Part shown: in pieces, positions 47,767 through 58,510 of the stretch
Layout of the letters: each line of letters opens with the position of its first letter
Numbering within the stretch: the stretch's first letter is position 1
DNA from: an uncultured Collinsella sp.
GTDB lineage: Bacteria; Actinomycetota; Coriobacteriia; Coriobacteriales; Coriobacteriaceae
Direction: 5' to 3'
Length of the DNA: 64,000 nt
Assembly: GCA_902493515.1 (NCBI GenBank)
Contig: CABUPE010000002.1
Location: 36,073-100,072, forward strand
Notes under the pieces: generated by a model
What the model saw: the letters and a program-made list of their open reading frames with translations, nothing else
The model's database searches: none
What the model was told of the DNA's origin: nothing
Translations under genes and position numbers: made by a program

Positions 47767-49578
47767 ATGAATACTTCAATTGACATTTCCCACATCCGCA
47801 ACTTCTCAATTGTTGCGCACATCGACCATGGCAAGTCCACGATCAGTGACCGTATCCTCGAGCTCACCCATACCGTCGACGAGCGCGACATGGAGTCGCA
47901 GCTGCTCGACACCATGGATATCGAGCGCGAGCGCGGCATCACGATCAAGTCCAACGCCGTCCGCGTGTCCTATGACGCCGACGACGGCGAGACGTATCAG
48001 TTCAACCTCATCGATACGCCGGGCCACGTGGACTTTACCTATGAGGTCTCGCGTTCGCTGGCCGCCTGCGAGGGCGCGGTGCTCGTCGTCGATGCCACCC
48101 AGGGTGTCGAGGCGCAGACCGTCTCCAACGCGACGCTCGCCATGAACGCCAATCTGGACATTGTGCCGGCCATCAACAAGATCGACCTGCCCTCGGCCCA
48201 TCCCGATGAGGTTAAGACCGAGATCGAGGATGACCTGGCGATCCCTGCCGATGACGCCGTGTGTGTCTCGGGCAAGACCGGCGAGGGCATTCACGATCTG
48301 CTGGAGTCCATTGTCTTTTTGATCTCTCCGCCTAAGGGCGATGCAAATGCTCCGCTCAAAGCGCTCATTCTGGATTCGTACTTTGACGAGTATCGCGGCG
48401 TGGTGGCCACGGTGCGCGTCTTTGACGGCTCCATCAAAAAGGGCGATACCCTGCGCATGATGCAGGCAAAGGGCGACTTTTTGGTCGATGGCGTGGGCGT
48501 CAAGCGTCCCGCCGAGACCCCGGTCGACGCGCTGACGGTCGGCGAGGTCGGATACGTGGTCACGGGCCTGAAGGATCCCGAGGCCGTTCGCGTGGGCGAT
48601 ACCCTCACGTGGGCGTCGAATCCCTGCCCCGAGCCGCTTCCCGGTTACCGCGAGGCCAAGCCCATGGTCTATACGGGCCTGTTCCCGATCGATAACAAGG
48701 ACTACGAGAACCTGCGTGACGCGCTCGATAAGCTGCACGTCAACGACCCCTCGTTGGTATGGGAGCCCGAGACCTCGGTGGCGCTCGGCTTTGGCTTCCG
48801 CGTGGGCTTCTTGGGCCTGCTGCACATGGAGGTCGTTAAGGAGCGCCTCGAGCGTGAGTTCAACTTGGACCTCATTGCCACGAGCCCTTCGGTCGACTAT
48901 CACGTGTACAAGACCGATGGCGAGATGGTCGATGTCCGCAGCCCGCAGGACCTGCCCGAGACCACGCGTATCGAGCGCATTGAGGAGCCGTACCTCAAGG
49001 CTAAGATCATCTGCCCGCCCGAGTATACGGGTGCCGTCATGCAGCTCGCTATCGAGCACCGCGGCATTACGACCGACATGATCCATCTCACGAGCAAGTC
49101 GGTCGAGATGCGCTTTGATATGCCGCTTGCCGAGCTCATCTTGGACTTCTTTGACCAGCTCAAGAGCCGTACCAAGGGCTATGCCTCGTTGGACTACGAG
49201 TTCAACGAGTACCGTCCCTCCGAGCTCGTTAAGCTCGATATTTTGCTTTCGGGCGACGAGGTAGACGCGCTGTCGTTTATCGTCCACAAGGACAAGGCCT
49301 ACGGTCTTGCCCGCGGCCTATGCGACAAGCTCAAGGAGATCATTCCGCGCCAGCTGTTCGAGGTGCCCATCCAGGGTGCTATCGGCAACAAGATCATTGC
49401 CCGCTCCACCGTCAAGGCACGTCGCAAGGACGTGCTTGCCAAGTGCTACGGCGGCGATATCTCGCGCAAGCGCAAACTGCTCGAGAAGCAGAAAGAGGGC
49501 AAGAAGCGCATGAAGGCCATCGGCTCGGTCGAGGTCCCGCAGGAGGCGTTTATGGCTATCCTCAAGGTGGACGAGTAG
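47767..49578 (+). CDS. lepA: Elongation factor 4
   Basis: [42 protein letters not shown]. Confidence 0.98.
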   Translation: MNTSIDISHIRNFSIVAHIDHGKSTISDRILELTHTVDERDMESQLLDTMDIERERGITIKSNAVRVSYDADDGETYQFNLIDTPGHVDFTYEVSRSLAACEGAVLVVDATQGVEAQTVSNATLAMNANLDIVPAINKIDLPSAHPDEVKTEIEDDLAIPADDAVCVSGKTGEGIHDLLESIVFLISPPKGDANAPLKALILDSYFDEYRGVVATVRVFDGSIKKGDTLRMMQAKGDFLVDGVGVKRPAETPVDALTVGEVGYVVTGLKDPEAVRVGDTLTWASNPCPEPLPGYREAKPMVYTGLFPIDNKDYENLRDALDKLHVNDPSLVWEPETSVALGFGFRVGFLGLLHMEVVKERLEREFNLDLIATSPSVDYHVYKTDGEMVDVRSPQDLPETTRIERIEEPYLKAKIICPPEYTGAVMQLAIEHRGITTDMIHLTSKSVEMRFDMPLAELILDFFDQLKSRTKGYASLDYEFNEYRPSELVKLDILLSGDEVDALSFIVHKDKAYGLARGLCDKLKEIIPRQLFEVPIQGAIGNKIIARSTVKARRKDVLAKCYGGDISRKRKLLEKQKEGKKRMKAIGSVEVPQEAFMAILKVDE

Positions 49579-49582
49579 ATCT

Positions 49583-50626
49583 ATGGCGCTTTCCGAATAT
49601 AGTCGGCGGCTGCTGGGCGCCTATGCCGAGCAGCCGTTCCTTATGGCTCCCATGGCGGGCGTGACCGACCCTGCCTACCGCGTCATGTGCCGCCGCCGCG
49701 GTGCCAACCTTGCCTACAGCGAGATGGTGAGCGTGGCGGGCCTTGCCTATGCCAGCAACAAGACCTGGCGACTGGTGCTTCCTGCCGACGAGGAACAGCA
49801 GATTTGCGTGCAGCTCTTTGGCTCCAAGCCCGATCAGTTTGCGAGTGCCGTCGCCGCCGTCGAGGAGCGTGTGGGCGATCGCCTGTCATTGATTGATATC
49901 AACATGGCCTGTCCGGCTCGCAAGGTCGTTACTAAGGGCGAAGGCTCGGCGCTTATGCGCACGCCCGACTTGGCCGAGAAGATTGTCGAGGCAGCGGTGG
50001 GCGCGGCGCATGTTCCCGTGACCGTGAAGATCCGCAAGGGTTTTTATGCCGAGGACCGCAACGCCGCAACGTTTGCCCAGATGCTTGAAGGGGCGGGCGC
50101 CTCTGCAGTTGCCGTGCACGGTCGTTGTGCCACGCAGCTCTATACGGGCCAGGCCGATTGGTCTGTCGTCGATGAGGTTGCCGACGCCGTCGAGGTTCCC
50201 GTGATTGGTTCGGGTGATGTGTTCTCGGCCGAGGATGCCGCGGAGCATCTGCGCAACTCGGGTGCCAGCGCGGTGTTTATCGCGCGCGGTATCTACGGTA
50301 ATCCCTGGGTCTTTGGTGATGCTCGCGCTCTTGCGCTCGATGGCATACCGGTGCCGCCGCGCAGCTCGGTCGAGCGCCTGGACGCCCTGCGTGAGCACCT
50401 AACGCTGACGCATGAGCTCCTGCCGCTCATGTCGCGTGCCCGCACGTATGCAAGCTGGTACTTAAAAGGCATGCCCCATGCCGCCGCCTGGCGTGCCCAT
50501 GTGGTGCGCTGTTCCACTTACGAGGAGTTTATGGCACTGGTCGATGAGATCGAGCGCGATGTGGTGGCCTGCGAGGCCGCCCTTGCCGCCGGCGAATCGG
50601 TGCCCCCTCATCCTCTGGAGGCTTAA
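49583..50626 (+). CDS. dusB: tRNA-dihydrouridine synthase (DusB-like)
   Basis: APMAG, QLFG, DINMACP, VTVKIR, VHGR, ARG. Confidence 0.85.
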   Translation: MALSEYSRRLLGAYAEQPFLMAPMAGVTDPAYRVMCRRRGANLAYSEMVSVAGLAYASNKTWRLVLPADEEQQICVQLFGSKPDQFASAVAAVEERVGDRLSLIDINMACPARKVVTKGEGSALMRTPDLAEKIVEAAVGAAHVPVTVKIRKGFYAEDRNAATFAQMLEGAGASAVAVHGRCATQLYTGQADWSVVDEVADAVEVPVIGSGDVFSAEDAAEHLRNSGASAVFIARGIYGNPWVFGDARALALDGIPVPPRSSVERLDALREHLTLTHELLPLMSRARTYASWYLKGMPHAAAWRAHVVRCSTYEEFMALVDEIERDVVACEAALAAGESVPPHPLEA

Positions 50627-50628
50627 GG

Positions 50629-51861
50629 GTGGCCGTTACCGCACTGTACGTGCACGTGCCGTTTTGCGCCCAAAAGTGCCGGTACTGCGACTTTGACTCG
50701 CGCAGTTTTGCTCCGTGCGACCTGAGCGCTGCGCTCGATGCCTATTTTGAGCAGTTGTTCGCGCGTCTCGATGCTTTTGGCAAGGCTGATGCCCTTGACC
50801 AGATCCGCACCGTCTATGTTGGTGGCGGTACGCCGTCGCTGGCGGGGGAGCGCCTGGTGGAGCTGGCGCGGCGTATTCGTGCGTGGTGTGCCCCCGTTGA
50901 GTTTACCTGCGAGGCCAATCCCGAGTCGCTGACCGCCGAGCTTGCCACTACGCTTGCCAAGGTTGGTGTCACACGCGTCTCTCTGGGCGTGCAAACGCTC
51001 GATAACACCGAACTTACCGCCATCGGCCGCATTCACGATGCCGATCGGGCGCTCGCTGCCATCACGACGGTTAAGGACGCTGGGCTCGATGTGTCGTGTG
51101 ACCTGATGTGTGGCCTTCCCGGGCAGACCGCCGTAAGCTGGCAGCGCACGCTCGATGGCGTGCTGGCGGCGGCTCCGCATCATGTGTCGGTCTACCCGCT
51201 CACGCTTGAGGAGGGGACGCCCCTTTATCGCATGGCGTGCCGTGACGAGTCGCTCGAGCCTGATGAGGATTTTCAGGCCGCATGCATGGACGTGGCACGC
51301 GAGCTCCTGGGTGCGGCTGGCTATCACCCGTATGAGGTGGCGAGCTACGCGCTCGACGGCCATGAGTGCGCCCATAACATTGCCTACTGGACCGGACGGG
51401 GCTACCTGGGCCTGGGGCGTTCTGCCGCGGGCATGCTCGACGCCGCGGATTTCGACCGTCTTGTAGGTTTGTTCCCCGGCGTGTCTTCTCGAGGCGATTC
51501 GTACCGCGTGCGTCTGGTGCAACGTGACGATGTCGCGACGGCGTTCGAGGCCGAATATCTGTCGCAGCGCGAGGCTGCGGCCGAAGACCTGATGCTCGCT
51601 TGTCGCATGACGCGCGGTATTGCGTCCGATCTGTTGGTTCGTGCAGCTTGCGTCATCCCAACGGGCGAGCTGGCAGCTGCCTGCGATCGCGCGCTCGAAT
51701 TGGGTCTTGCCACTTGGGTGCCCGAGACGCTCGGAGTCCATGAGGGACCCTTCACTTCGGCAGACGTCCTCGCGGGCCATGTCCGTGCTCGTTTAGCGCC
51801 CACCCACTTGGGCTGGCTCGATGGAAATGTGCTGTTCGAGCTGTTTTGGGGTCTAGCCTAG
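50629..51861 (+). CDS. hemW: Radical SAM heme chaperone HemW
   Basis: YVHVPFCAQKCRYCDF, GGGTPS, EANP, HNIAYW signature. Confidence 0.88.
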   Translation: MAVTALYVHVPFCAQKCRYCDFDSRSFAPCDLSAALDAYFEQLFARLDAFGKADALDQIRTVYVGGGTPSLAGERLVELARRIRAWCAPVEFTCEANPESLTAELATTLAKVGVTRVSLGVQTLDNTELTAIGRIHDADRALAAITTVKDAGLDVSCDLMCGLPGQTAVSWQRTLDGVLAAAPHHVSVYPLTLEEGTPLYRMACRDESLEPDEDFQAACMDVARELLGAAGYHPYEVASYALDGHECAHNIAYWTGRGYLGLGRSAAGMLDAADFDRLVGLFPGVSSRGDSYRVRLVQRDDVATAFEAEYLSQREAAAEDLMLACRMTRGIASDLLVRAACVIPTGELAAACDRALELGLATWVPETLGVHEGPFTSADVLAGHVRARLAPTHLGWLDGNVLFELFWGLA

Positions 51862-51919
51862 GCCGCTCGGGTAGAATTACCGCAATATATACGCTGCTGT
51901 GAGCAGGAGGTTGCCGCGC

Positions 51920-53023
51920 ATGGCGACGATGAACGAAAAAGATTACTACGAGATTTTGGGTGTCTCCAAGGACGCCACCTCGCGTGATATTCAGAAGGCC
52001 TTCCAGCAAAAGGCCCGCAAGCTCCATCCGGACGTCAACAAAGAACCTGATGCCGAGGAAAAGTTTAAAGAGGTTTCCGAGGCCTACGCCGTGCTTTCGG
52101 ACGAGCAGAAGCGTGCGCGCTACGACGCCATGCGCTCGGGCAATCCCTTTGCCGGTGCACCGACGGCTTCGCCCTATGGCGGTGGCTATGCCGGCAGCGC
52201 CGGTTACGGCAATCCCTTTGACGGCGGTTTCCCCTTCGGGGGCGCCTGGGGCCAGCCGCGTCGCGGGCAGGCTGCCTATAATCCCGAGAACGGCGCCAAC
52301 GTGGTCGTCGATATTAAGCTCGACGCCAAGGAGGCCAAGGGCGGTGCCCGCAAGACCGTTCGCTATACGCGCTTCGATACCTGTGGTCACTGCGGAGGCT
52401 CGGGTTCTGTTTCGTCCGAGCATGCACATACCTGTCCGAGCTGCGGCGGTCGCGGCCACATCGACGTCGACCTGTCCTTCCTGTTCGGTGCCGGCACGTT
52501 TCAGTCGGTCTGCCCCGAGTGCGGAGGTTCCGGTAAGGTCGTCGCCGACCCCTGTCCCGATTGCGGCGGCAGCGGTCGAACCCGTGTGACCTCCGAGCAG
52601 ACAATTGAGTTTCCTGCCGGCACGCACGATGGCGACGAGGTCCGCATTGGCGGCATGGGTCACGCCGGCACCAACGGTGCCTCGGGCGGCGATCTTGTCG
52701 GCCGTGCCCATGTTGAGGCCGAGCGTCTGGAAGGCAAGGCCCGTACCGGTTTTTACCTGATGGGCATCGTGGCGCCGTTTTTGGTGCTGTCGGCCATATC
52801 GGGCGTGTTCTCGGCCTTTGCCGTGATGTGCTTTATTCCGTTTACCATGGGCCTGTTCATGGTGCTTTCGGACGGTGTGCTTCATCGCAGCCTGCTGTGG
52901 TGGAAGCGCGGTGCGATGCAGTTTGCCAACGGTTTTGCCAACGGCTTCATGTTCGCGCTCGTGTCGGTTTGGTTCGCGAGCTGCTCGCAACGGGCCATGC
53001 TTTCGCCGTATCAAATGCAATAA
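51920..53023 (+). CDS. DnaJ paralogue with J domain, zinc finger and hydrophobic C-terminus
   Basis: HPD motif, G/F region, four CxxCGGxG repeats, then predicted TM helices. Confidence 0.85.
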   Translation: MATMNEKDYYEILGVSKDATSRDIQKAFQQKARKLHPDVNKEPDAEEKFKEVSEAYAVLSDEQKRARYDAMRSGNPFAGAPTASPYGGGYAGSAGYGNPFDGGFPFGGAWGQPRRGQAAYNPENGANVVVDIKLDAKEAKGGARKTVRYTRFDTCGHCGGSGSVSSEHAHTCPSCGGRGHIDVDLSFLFGAGTFQSVCPECGGSGKVVADPCPDCGGSGRTRVTSEQTIEFPAGTHDGDEVRIGGMGHAGTNGASGGDLVGRAHVEAERLEGKARTGFYLMGIVAPFLVLSAISGVFSAFAVMCFIPFTMGLFMVLSDGVLHRSLLWWKRGAMQFANGFANGFMFALVSVWFASCSQRAMLSPYQMQ

Positions 53024-53104
53024 CATCAAACCCTTTGTTTGCGGTCGGCCCAGCTTGGGTATAGGACGGACTGTGACAATAATGAAAGTCGGAAGGATTC
53101 GGTC

Positions 53105-54253
53105 GTGTCGGAAAATAGGGATTACTACGAGGTGCTTGGCGTCGACAGGGATGCCGACGCGCGGACGATTAAGCGTGCGTTTTTAAAGAAGGCCCGTACC
53201 GTACATCCGGATGTTTCGGACGATCCCGAGGCCGAGGCCAAGTTCAAGGAGCTCAACGAGGCCTATTCCGTTCTTTCCGATGAGCAGAAGCGTGCTAACT
53301 ACGACCGTTACGGCACTGCCGACGGTCCTGGTGGTTCGGGCTATGTCGACATCAACGATATCTTTGGTGGCATGGGCATGGACGACCTGTTCTCGTCGTT
53401 CTTTGGCGGTGGCGCCGGTGGTGGCGCCCGCAGCCGTCGTGAGCGTCGTCGCGGACGTGACATGGCCATCTCGCTTTCGGTGACGCTCGAGGAGGCGGCA
53501 CTCGGCTGCAAAAAGACGATCAGCTATGATCGCCTTGCTCCTTGCGAGGACTGCAACGGTACCGGTAGGGCCGAGGGTGCACAGGAAAAGCAGTGCAGTC
53601 GCTGCCACGGTACGGGCTACGTCACGACGGTTCAGCGATCGTTTTTGGGCCAGGTTCAGTCTTCCTCGCCTTGCCCCGACTGCCATGGCGAGGGCACGGT
53701 TATCGACCATCCCTGCGAGACCTGCGACGGTCAGGGCCGCACGCCTTCGCACGAAAAGATCGACATCGATATTCCTGCCGGCGTTTCGACCGGTCGCCAG
53801 CTGCGTGTGAGCGGCTTTGGCGAGGCCGGCCTTCGCGGCGAGCCTTCGGGCGACCTGATTGTCAACGTGCGCGTTGCCGACCATGAGCGCTTTAAGCGCA
53901 ACGGTGACGACCTGTACCTGGTGAGCGATATCTCGATTGCGCAGGCTGCGCTCGGCTGCGAGATCGAGGTCGAGGGCATTATGCCCGACGAGGTCGTTAA
54001 GGTGACGGTTCCCGCCGGCGCCCAGTACGGCGACACCGTGAGCGTCAATAATTACGGCATGCCGCGCATTGGCGGTGGCGGTTCGCGTGGCCGCCTGATC
54101 GTGCAACTGCGCGTGGTCGTTCCCACCAATCTTTCCAATAAGCAACGCGAGCTGCTCCGTGCTTTTGCCGATGAGATGGGCGATGACGTCGCTTCCGGTA
54201 AGAAGTCGGTGACCGACCGTATCAAGAGTGCCCTCGACGATATCCTCGATTAA
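53105..54253 (+). CDS. dnaJ: Chaperone DnaJ (class A)
   Basis: DYYEVLGV, HPD, G/F region, four CxxCxGxG, complete C-terminal domains. Confidence 0.95.
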   Translation: MSENRDYYEVLGVDRDADARTIKRAFLKKARTVHPDVSDDPEAEAKFKELNEAYSVLSDEQKRANYDRYGTADGPGGSGYVDINDIFGGMGMDDLFSSFFGGGAGGGARSRRERRRGRDMAISLSVTLEEAALGCKKTISYDRLAPCEDCNGTGRAEGAQEKQCSRCHGTGYVTTVQRSFLGQVQSSSPCPDCHGEGTVIDHPCETCDGQGRTPSHEKIDIDIPAGVSTGRQLRVSGFGEAGLRGEPSGDLIVNVRVADHERFKRNGDDLYLVSDISIAQAALGCEIEVEGIMPDEVVKVTVPAGAQYGDTVSVNNYGMPRIGGGGSRGRLIVQLRVVVPTNLSNKQRELLRAFADEMGDDVASGKKSVTDRIKSALDDILD

Positions 54254-54262
54254 GGAGCCCGC

Positions 54263-55555
54263 GTGCTCACACCCCATATTTCCGTCGTCAACCTCGGCTG
54301 CCGTGTCAATCGGGTTGAGTCTGACCGAATCACTGCTGATCTTATGCGCCTGGGCTTTGCTATGGTGGAGCCCCACGATGCCGATCTGATCGTCATTAAC
54401 ACCTGTGCCGTTACGGGCGAGGCCGAGGCCAAGACCCGTAAGGCCGTCCGTCATGCGCTGGCCCATCCAAACGAGCCCTATGTGGTCGTGACCGGATGCG
54501 TGGTCAATTTGCATCCCGAGGAGCTGTTGGAGCTTTCGGATCGCGTGATTGCCGAGCCGTCTAAGATCGATGTCGCCGAACGTGTCTGCGATGTGCTTGG
54601 CGTTGAGTCCGATAGCGTTCCCGCCTGCAGCGATGGTGACGTGGTCGATGCGCTCGGTCGTTCGCGGCTGGGCGTGAAGATTCAGGACGGCTGCAACCAC
54701 CGTTGCACCTATTGCATTGTGTGGAAGGCACGCGGCCCCGAGCGCTCCGTGCCCGTCGAGTCCGTGCTCGAGCAAGTTCGCGAGGCCCAGGAGGCCGGCG
54801 TGCCCGAGGTGGTGCTGACCGGTGTGAACCTGGGCGCCTACGATGGCAAGAGCGCGACTGACGAGCATGTCGAAATCGATGAGCTGCTCGAGGCCATCAT
54901 GGAGCGCACGTCTATTCCGCATGTGCGCATTTCCTCGGTCGAGCCCATGGATATCTCTGAGCGCCTGCTTAAGGTTATGGCGCGCTATCCGCAGCGTATC
55001 GCCCCGTTTTTACATCTGCCCGTGCAGTCCGGCTGTACGGCGACCCTGCATCGCATGGGCCGTCCCTATAGCGCCGAGGCCTTTGAGGACACGGTGCGCA
55101 TGATTCGCGCCAACTTGCCCCAGGTGTCTCTTTCGTGCGATGTCATCGTTGGTTTTCCTGGTGAGACGGACGAGGAATTCGAGGAGTCGCTGGCGCTGTG
55201 CCGCCGTGTGGGTTTCTCGCGTATGCACGTGTTCCGCTATAGCAAGCGTCCCGGTACCCTTGCTGCCGACATGCCCGACCAAGTGCCGCCCGAGGTTATG
55301 GCCGAGCGCAGCCGCCGTATGCGGGCCGCCGCGCAGGAGCTCGCCATTGCCGACGCTCGTCGTCGCGTGGGCACGGTTGAGCGTGCGGTGCTCGAGTATG
55401 GCGACAACCTGACGCTCGGTTCGTTCCATCATGCCCGTCTTGACGATACCTGTGGACTTTCAGCCCCGTGCCTGCTCGATGTTGCTATCATCGGAGTCGA
55501 TGATTCCGGCTTGGTCCATGCGCGCAGGGAGGTTCATGGAAGCCTCGAAGATTAG
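54263..55555 (+). CDS. mtaB: Radical SAM methylthiotransferase (MtaB-like)
   Basis: LGCRVN, NTCAVT, VTGC, KIQDGCNHRCTYC, HLPVQSG, IVGFPGET; position after dnaJ. Confidence 0.8.
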   Translation: MLTPHISVVNLGCRVNRVESDRITADLMRLGFAMVEPHDADLIVINTCAVTGEAEAKTRKAVRHALAHPNEPYVVVTGCVVNLHPEELLELSDRVIAEPSKIDVAERVCDVLGVESDSVPACSDGDVVDALGRSRLGVKIQDGCNHRCTYCIVWKARGPERSVPVESVLEQVREAQEAGVPEVVLTGVNLGAYDGKSATDEHVEIDELLEAIMERTSIPHVRISSVEPMDISERLLKVMARYPQRIAPFLHLPVQSGCTATLHRMGRPYSAEAFEDTVRMIRANLPQVSLSCDVIVGFPGETDEEFEESLALCRRVGFSRMHVFRYSKRPGTLAADMPDQVPPEVMAERSRRMRAAAQELAIADARRRVGTVERAVLEYGDNLTLGSFHHARLDDTCGLSAPCLLDVAIIGVDDSGLVHARREVHGSLED

Positions 55556-56522
55556 ACTTACCGTTCCCGAGGGGATTGATCCCTCGCGCGTTTTGGGCGC
55601 CGGCGACGGCGTCCTTCGTGCGCTCGAGAGCTTGGTTCGCGCTCATGTGGTCGCCCGTGGCGATAGCATCTCCGTGAGCGGCGACCCGGACGAGGTCGAA
55701 CTCGTGGCGCGCTTTTTCGAGCACGCTTTTCGCGAGGCGGCCGCCGGGCGCACGCTGTCTGCCGACGATGTCTCTCGCTGCCTGGCCGTCTTGCGCGACG
55801 GTGAGCACGAGGCTACGTCGCTTCGCGATGACGTGCTGCTTTCGTATCGCGGCCGCGTCATTCGCCCCAAGACGCTCGGGCAAAAGCGCTATGTGGATGC
55901 CATCCGCTCGCATACCATCACGTTTGGCTTGGGTCCTGCCGGTACCGGTAAGACCTATCTGGCCATGGCGCTCGCCGTTGCCGCGCTCAAGCGTCACGAG
56001 GTGGGCCGTCTGATCTTGACGCGTCCGGTTGTCGAGGCGGGGGAGAATCTGGGCTTTTTGCCCGGCACCCTCGAGGAAAAGATCGATCCCTACATGCGTC
56101 CGCTTTACGACGCCCTTTTTGACATGATGGATCGCGAGCGCACCGATGAGCTTATGGAGCGCGGCGTGATCGAGATCGCCCCGCTTGCCTACATGCGCGG
56201 CCGCACGCTGAGTGATGCCTTCGTGGTGCTCGACGAGGCGCAAAATACCACGCCCGAGCAGATGAAGATGTTCCTGACGCGCCTGGGCTTCAACTCCAAG
56301 TTCGTGATTACCGGCGACCTGAGCCAGCGCGACCTGGTGGGTCGTCGTGGTGGCTTGGCGGATGTCGAGAAGATTTTGGGCCGTGTCGATGATGTCGCAT
56401 TTTCGCACCTCGAGCGTGCCGACGTGGTGCGCCATGCCCTGGTGGGTCGTATCGTCGAGGCATACGATACTTATGATGATGTGCGCGAGAAGCGCGTACG
56501 TGACCGAAAGGAGTCCCGTTGA
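55536..56522 (+). CDS. phoH: PhoH family ATPase
   Basis: GPAGTGKT, TRPVVEAGE.LGFLPG, AYMRGRTL, DEAQN. Confidence 0.93.
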   Translation: MEASKIRLTVPEGIDPSRVLGAGDGVLRALESLVRAHVVARGDSISVSGDPDEVELVARFFEHAFREAAAGRTLSADDVSRCLAVLRDGEHEATSLRDDVLLSYRGRVIRPKTLGQKRYVDAIRSHTITFGLGPAGTGKTYLAMALAVAALKRHEVGRLILTRPVVEAGENLGFLPGTLEEKIDPYMRPLYDALFDMMDRERTDELMERGVIEIAPLAYMRGRTLSDAFVVLDEAQNTTPEQMKMFLTRLGFNSKFVITGDLSQRDLVGRRGGLADVEKILGRVDDVAFSHLERADVVRHALVGRIVEAYDTYDDVREKRVRDRKESR

Positions 56523-57028
56523 GTGTATTGATCAGCAACGATGCCGAGCTCGATACGCTGCTCGACGCGCAGGAGGTGGAGCACATCTGCGAGGTTGTGC
56601 TTGCCGCCGAGGACGTTGAGCGTGAAGTCGAGATTTCCCTTTCGTATGTCGACGAGGACGAGATGCACGAGCTCAACCACGAGTGGCGCGGTATTGATCG
56701 CACCACCGATGTACTCTCGTTTGAGTGCGATTCGGCCTTTGACGATGACATTCCCGCCGATGAGACGCTCGAGCTCGGCGATATTATCTTGGCCCCGCAG
56801 GTTATTGCCCGTCAGGCCCCCGGTTTTGGGAATAGATCCGCTGACGAGTGCCGTCTGATGCTCGTACACGGAATGCTGCACCTGCTGGGCTATGACCACA
56901 TCGAGGACGACGAGGCCGAGGTCATGGAGGCCCGCGAGGACGCCATCCTGCGCGATCTGGCGCTCGAGCGCGGCGAGGACCCTAAGCTAGTCCACGTCGG
57001 CCCCATCACCAACCACGCCCACGACTAG
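56519..57028 (+). CDS. ybeY: rRNA maturation RNase YbeY
   Basis: TDVLSF, LGDI, HGMLHLLGYDH. Confidence 0.95.
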   Translation: MSVLISNDAELDTLLDAQEVEHICEVVLAAEDVEREVEISLSYVDEDEMHELNHEWRGIDRTTDVLSFECDSAFDDDIPADETLELGDIILAPQVIARQAPGFGNRSADECRLMLVHGMLHLLGYDHIEDDEAEVMEAREDAILRDLALERGEDPKLVHVGPITNHAHD

Positions 57029-57037
57029 GAGCCGTCT

Positions 57038-57415
57038 ATGATTCCCGGATCGAACAAGGACCATCCGTCCTTTTTAAAGTCGTTTTCCTACGCCATGGAG
57101 GGCTTCGTCACCGCCGTCAAGACCGAGCGCAACATTAAGGTCATGCTCGTTGCGGGCGTGTGCACCGTCATTGCCGGCTGCGTCGTGGGGCTCGACATTG
57201 CCGAGTGGGCCACGATTATCATCTGTTGCGGCCTGGTGATTCACGGCGAGCTGTGCAACACCGCTATGGAGGCCATCGTCGACCTGGCGACCCAGGAGCT
57301 CCATCCGCTGGCCAAGCGTGCGAAGGACATCGCCGCCGCTTCCGTATACATACTTTCCATCACCGCCGCGATTGTGGGCGTGCTGGTATTTGCCCACGCG
57401 CTCGGCTTTATTTAG
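57038..57415 (+). CDS. dgkA: Diacylglycerol/undecaprenol kinase (DgkA family)
   Basis: SFSYAMEG, ERN, ELCNTAMEAIVD, AKRAKDIAA. Confidence 0.9.
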   Translation: MIPGSNKDHPSFLKSFSYAMEGFVTAVKTERNIKVMLVAGVCTVIAGCVVGLDIAEWATIIICCGLVIHGELCNTAMEAIVDLATQELHPLAKRAKDIAAASVYILSITAAIVGVLVFAHALGFI

Positions 57416-57427
57416 AAGGGGATTCCC

Positions 57428-58495
57428 ATGTCCGACAATATGCAGCCTACCGATGAAGTTTTGGATGACGAGGTCCTTGAGGCGGTGGATACCGAGGAGC
57501 TCGAGGATGTCGAGGAGTTCGACCCGTTTGAGGGCATGAGCGACGAGGAACTCGACTCCCTGTGCGACGAGGACGACGGTCCTATGGGCTTTGGTGACGT
57601 GGAACCCGGTTTCCGCAGCGGCTTCGTGGCCCTGGTCGGACGTCCCAACGCCGGCAAGTCCACGCTGCTTAATGCCTGCTATGGCAAAAAGGTCGCCATC
57701 ACCTCGCCGGTGGCACAGACGACCCGCCGCCGCATGCGCGCCGTCGTCAACCGTCCCGGCTACCAGCTGGTCTTTGTCGATACCCCGGGTATTCATAAGC
57801 CCAAGGACGGCCTGGGGTCCGAGCTCAACAAGAGCGCACTGTTCGAGTTGAACGATGTCGACGTCGTCGCGTTTTTGATTGATGCCACCAAGCCGATCGG
57901 CAGGGGAGACGCCTGGGTTGCCGAGCGCGTCAGATGCGCTCGTTGCAAGAAGGTCCTGGTGCTCACCAAGGCCGATGAGGCCGACCCCGCACAGGTCATG
58001 GAGCAGCTTAAGGCTGCCCACGAGCTTATGGAATATGACGACGAGATTGTGACGTCGTCGGTTAAGAACTTCAACGTCGATGCCTTTATCGAGACCGTTG
58101 CGCACTTTTTGCCCGAGGGTCCGCGTTGGTTCCCCGAGGACATGGGTACCGACGCTTCCGATGAGACGCTCGTTGCCGAGTTTGTGCGCGAGAAGGTCTT
58201 GCGCCGCACCCGTGATGAGATCCCGCACTCCGTTGGCGTGATCTGCGATGCGCTCGAGCAGACCAAGAAGGTGCTGCGCGTGCACGCCACCATTTACGTC
58301 GAGCGCGAGGGCCAAAAGGGCATCATCATCGGCAAGGGCGGCGAGATGATCAAGCATATCGGTATCGACGCCCGTCGCGATCTTGAGCGCATTTTTGGCA
58401 CGCAGGTCTTTTTGGAGCTGGACGTGAAGGTCAAGGCCGGCTGGCGTGACGACGAGGCCCAGATTCGCCGCTTTGGCTATAACGCCGAGGACTAA
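57428..58495 (+). CDS. era: GTPase Era
   Basis: GRPNAGKST, QTTR, DTPG, TKAD, KH GIIIGKGG. Confidence 0.95.
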   Translation: MSDNMQPTDEVLDDEVLEAVDTEELEDVEEFDPFEGMSDEELDSLCDEDDGPMGFGDVEPGFRSGFVALVGRPNAGKSTLLNACYGKKVAITSPVAQTTRRRMRAVVNRPGYQLVFVDTPGIHKPKDGLGSELNKSALFELNDVDVVAFLIDATKPIGRGDAWVAERVRCARCKKVLVLTKADEADPAQVMEQLKAAHELMEYDDEIVTSSVKNFNVDAFIETVAHFLPEGPRWFPEDMGTDASDETLVAEFVREKVLRRTRDEIPHSVGVICDALEQTKKVLRVHATIYVEREGQKGIIIGKGGEMIKHIGIDARRDLERIFGTQVFLELDVKVKAGWRDDEAQIRRFGYNAED

Positions 58496-58510
58496 GGACG
58501 CGCGGCGCGC

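Noticed and set aside
51862..51919. CIRCE element upstream of the dnaJ genes
   Set aside because: No TTAGCACTC-N9-GAGTGCTAA match here or at 53024-53104
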